In this document: one piece after another, positions 62,260-64,000 of the stretch
Layout of the letters: each line of letters opens with the position of its first letter
Position numbering within the stretch: position 1 is the first letter of the stretch
NCBI GenBank assembly: GCA_042408785.1
Contig: JBHOQU010000127.1
Coordinates: forward strand, 86 to 64,085
Reading direction: 5' to 3'
Length of the DNA: 64,000 nucleotides
DNA from: Dehalococcoidia bacterium
GTDB lineage: Bacteria; Chloroflexota; Dehalococcoidia; JAUQQI01
Program-made: the position numbers and the translations under genes
The notes under the pieces: generated by a model
The model's database searches: none
Seen by the model: only the letters and a program-made list of their open reading frames with translations
Told to the model about the DNA's origin: nothing

Positions 62260-62526
62260 TTACTCCTCATCGTCCTCGACGCCGTGTTCTTTTATAAATT
62301 CTACCGCATCCCGTACGGTGCGGATCCGCTCGGCCTCCTCATCGGAGATGGTGATCTGGCGCCCTTCCTTGCTGAACTCCTCCTCCAGCCGCATGATGAG
62401 CTCGACCAGGTCCAGGGAGTCGGCGTTCAGGTCCTCGATGAACGATGCCTCCGGCGTGACCTGGTCCTCATCCACCCCAAGCTCCTCAACGATGATGCGC
62501 TTTACACGTTCGTAGACTGTTGCCAT
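62260..62526 (-). CDS. acpP: Acyl carrier protein
   Basis: [12 protein letters not shown] phosphopantetheine motif; start at ATG 62526. Confidence 0.97.
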   Translation of the reverse strand: MATVYERVKRIIVEELGVDEDQVTPEASFIEDLNADSLDLVELIMRLEEEFSKEGRQITISDEEAERIRTVRDAVEFIKEHGVEDDEE

Positions 62527-62602
62527 AGATTCACCCCCCTTGGAAATTTTTTGGGTTGCTGCGTTCCGGGGTCGGCTGACCCCAGAACTCACCGTTGCCA
62601 GG

Positions 62603-63061
62603 TTACGCTTTGTTTACGCCGCCCGATGCCCCGGGCACCCGCCCGTAGGCCCGGACGACGGCCCCCAGCACGCCGTTAACAAACTTCGGCGAGGCGTCGG
62701 TGCCGAAGAGCTTGGCCAGCTCCACGGCCTCATTGATGGCCGCCTTTACCGGAACCTGATTCTCGAACAGGACCTCGTAAAGGGCCAGCCTGAGTATGTT
62801 TCTATCCACCGCGTTCATCTGTTCGAGGGGCCAGGCCGGAGCAAACCGCCGGATTATCTCGTCAAGCTCCCCCCGGTGGGCCAGGGTCCCATACACCAGG
62901 TCCCGGGCGAATTCGGCCGCATCCGCCGGCAGCGGCTCCTCGGCCAGGTGGTATTCCAGCGCCCTGGCCGGGTTATGGCCGGTCAGGTCGTGCTCGAAGA
63001 GCACCCTGAACGCCACCACCCGGGCCTGACGTCGCCAGCCGGGCTTCTTTTCGGCGGCCAT
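62603..63061 (-). CDS. nusB: Transcription antitermination factor NusB
   Basis: [28 protein letters not shown]. Confidence 0.96.
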   Translation of the reverse strand: MAAEKKPGWRRQARVVAFRVLFEHDLTGHNPARALEYHLAEEPLPADAAEFARDLVYGTLAHRGELDEIIRRFAPAWPLEQMNAVDRNILRLALYEVLFENQVPVKAAINEAVELAKLFGTDASPKFVNGVLGAVVRAYGRVPGASGGVNKA

Positions 63062-63075
63062 CCTATGTTTAAAAA

Positions 63076-63831
63076 TTAGCCGAGACTCATGCCGCCGTCA
63101 ATAAGCAAGACCTGACCGGTGATGTACCCGGCCGCATCCGACGCCAGAAAGGCCACCAGCTCGGCCACCTCTTCGGGCGTCCCAAAACGGCCCAGGTGAA
63201 TCCGCTTAAAGAGCTCCGCTTTAACCCGCTCGTTGAGCTTTGTGGTTATGTCCGTCTCGATGAAGCCGGGGGCAACCACGTTGACGGTTATGTTCCGGGA
63301 GGCCACCTCCTTGGCCAGGCTCTTGGTAAAACCGATGACGCCGGCCTTGGCCGCCGAATAGTTGGCCTGGCCCACATTGCCGTGCACCCCGACGATGCTG
63401 CTCATGTTGATTATGCGCCCCCAGCGCTGCCGGATCATAGGCCGGACGGCCGCCCGGCAGCAGTAAAAGGTCCCCCTCAGGTTCACGTCCATTACCAGAT
63501 CCCAGTCCTCGTCGGACATCCGCACCAGCAGCGTGTCCCGGATCAGGCCGGCGTTGTTCACCAGGATGTCCAACCGACCGAAACGGTCGAGGGCCTCCTG
63601 AATCAGCGCCTCAGCTTCCTCCCGCCGGCTCACGTCGGCCTTGAAGGTCACCGCCTCGCTTCCGCACTTGCGGATCAATGAGGCCACCTCCTCGGCCTCA
63701 GCCTGGCTGGTCCGGTAATTTACCACAACCCTGGCCCCCCGGTCGGCCAGCTTCAGGGCAATGGCCCGACCGATACCCCGCGACGAGCCGGTGACGACCG
63801 CAACTTTGCCGTCAAGACGTAGCCGCTCCAC
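63076..63831 (-). CDS. fabG: 3-oxoacyl-ACP reductase
   Basis: TGSSRGIG, NNAG, NYSAAKAG, PGFIET; next to fabD and acpP. Confidence 0.94.
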   Translation of the reverse strand: MERLRLDGKVAVVTGSSRGIGRAIALKLADRGARVVVNYRTSQAEAEEVASLIRKCGSEAVTFKADVSRREEAEALIQEALDRFGRLDILVNNAGLIRDTLLVRMSDEDWDLVMDVNLRGTFYCCRAAVRPMIRQRWGRIINMSSIVGVHGNVGQANYSAAKAGVIGFTKSLAKEVASRNITVNVVAPGFIETDITTKLNERVKAELFKRIHLGRFGTPEEVAELVAFLASDAAGYITGQVLLIDGGMSLG

Positions 63832-63835
63832 AGTC

Positions 63836-64000
63836 CTAACTTACCCGCTGGCCCAGGGCGGCCAGGCCGTCGATGACAAAGGCCTCGACACTCGGTTCAA
63901 CCCGACGCAGAAGTCCGCTGAGAACCTTGCCGGGCCCCAGCTCGATGAAGCGTCGAACGCCCTGCTCGATAATATATTCCATCGACTGCTGCCAGCGCAC
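63836..64000 (-). CDS. fabD: Malonyl-CoA:ACP transacylase, C-terminal fragment
   Basis: Manual translation VRWQQSMEYIIEQGVRRFIELGPGKVLSGL... is the conserved FabD C-terminus. Confidence 0.88.
   Translation of the reverse strand: MRWQQSMEYIIEQGVRRFIELGPGKVLSGLLRRVEPSVEAFVIDGLAALGQRVS

Noticed and set aside
62563-62588. Hairpin GGGGTC-GGCT-GACCCC between nusB and acpP as a terminator
   Set aside because: No U-tract in the transcribed (minus) direction; at most a stabilising or processing stem

Overview
High-GC bacterial chromosomal window, densely coding. I found no rRNA, tRNA, CRISPR array, transposase or prophage gene. The fabD-fabG-nusB-acpP order, the short EF-Ts and the lipoprotein ABC binding protein suggest a monoderm, probably a Chloroflexota bacterium (inference). 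Contents in order: moaA (partial) and rdgB; a Liv-type ABC transporter; an orphan form-II CoxL-like molybdoenzyme coupled to a CoA-transferase; a ~25 kb cell-surface glycosylation locus; a catabolic enolase/D-aminoacylase/ALDH trio; clpB followed by an aRF1-like factor lacking the catalytic Gln; a KimA-like transporter; orphan hslU; the rpsB-tsf-pyrH-frr-uppS operon with its S2 leader; hemB, citrate synthase, rph, tatC and fatty-acid genes. The glycosylation locus is an 18-gene minus-strand operon plus a divergent operon. It carries an LPS-type ADP-heptose pathway (gmhA, split kinase and adenylyltransferase, GT9) with an uncharacterised deoxyhypusine-synthase-fold gene wedged in and no gmhB. 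Best leads: the heptose/DHS-fold glycan system, the ClpB-linked non-catalytic release-factor homolog, a non-canonical enolase-superfamily enzyme and an unannotated 28-aa membrane peptide. All calls come from reading motifs by eye; no searches were run.
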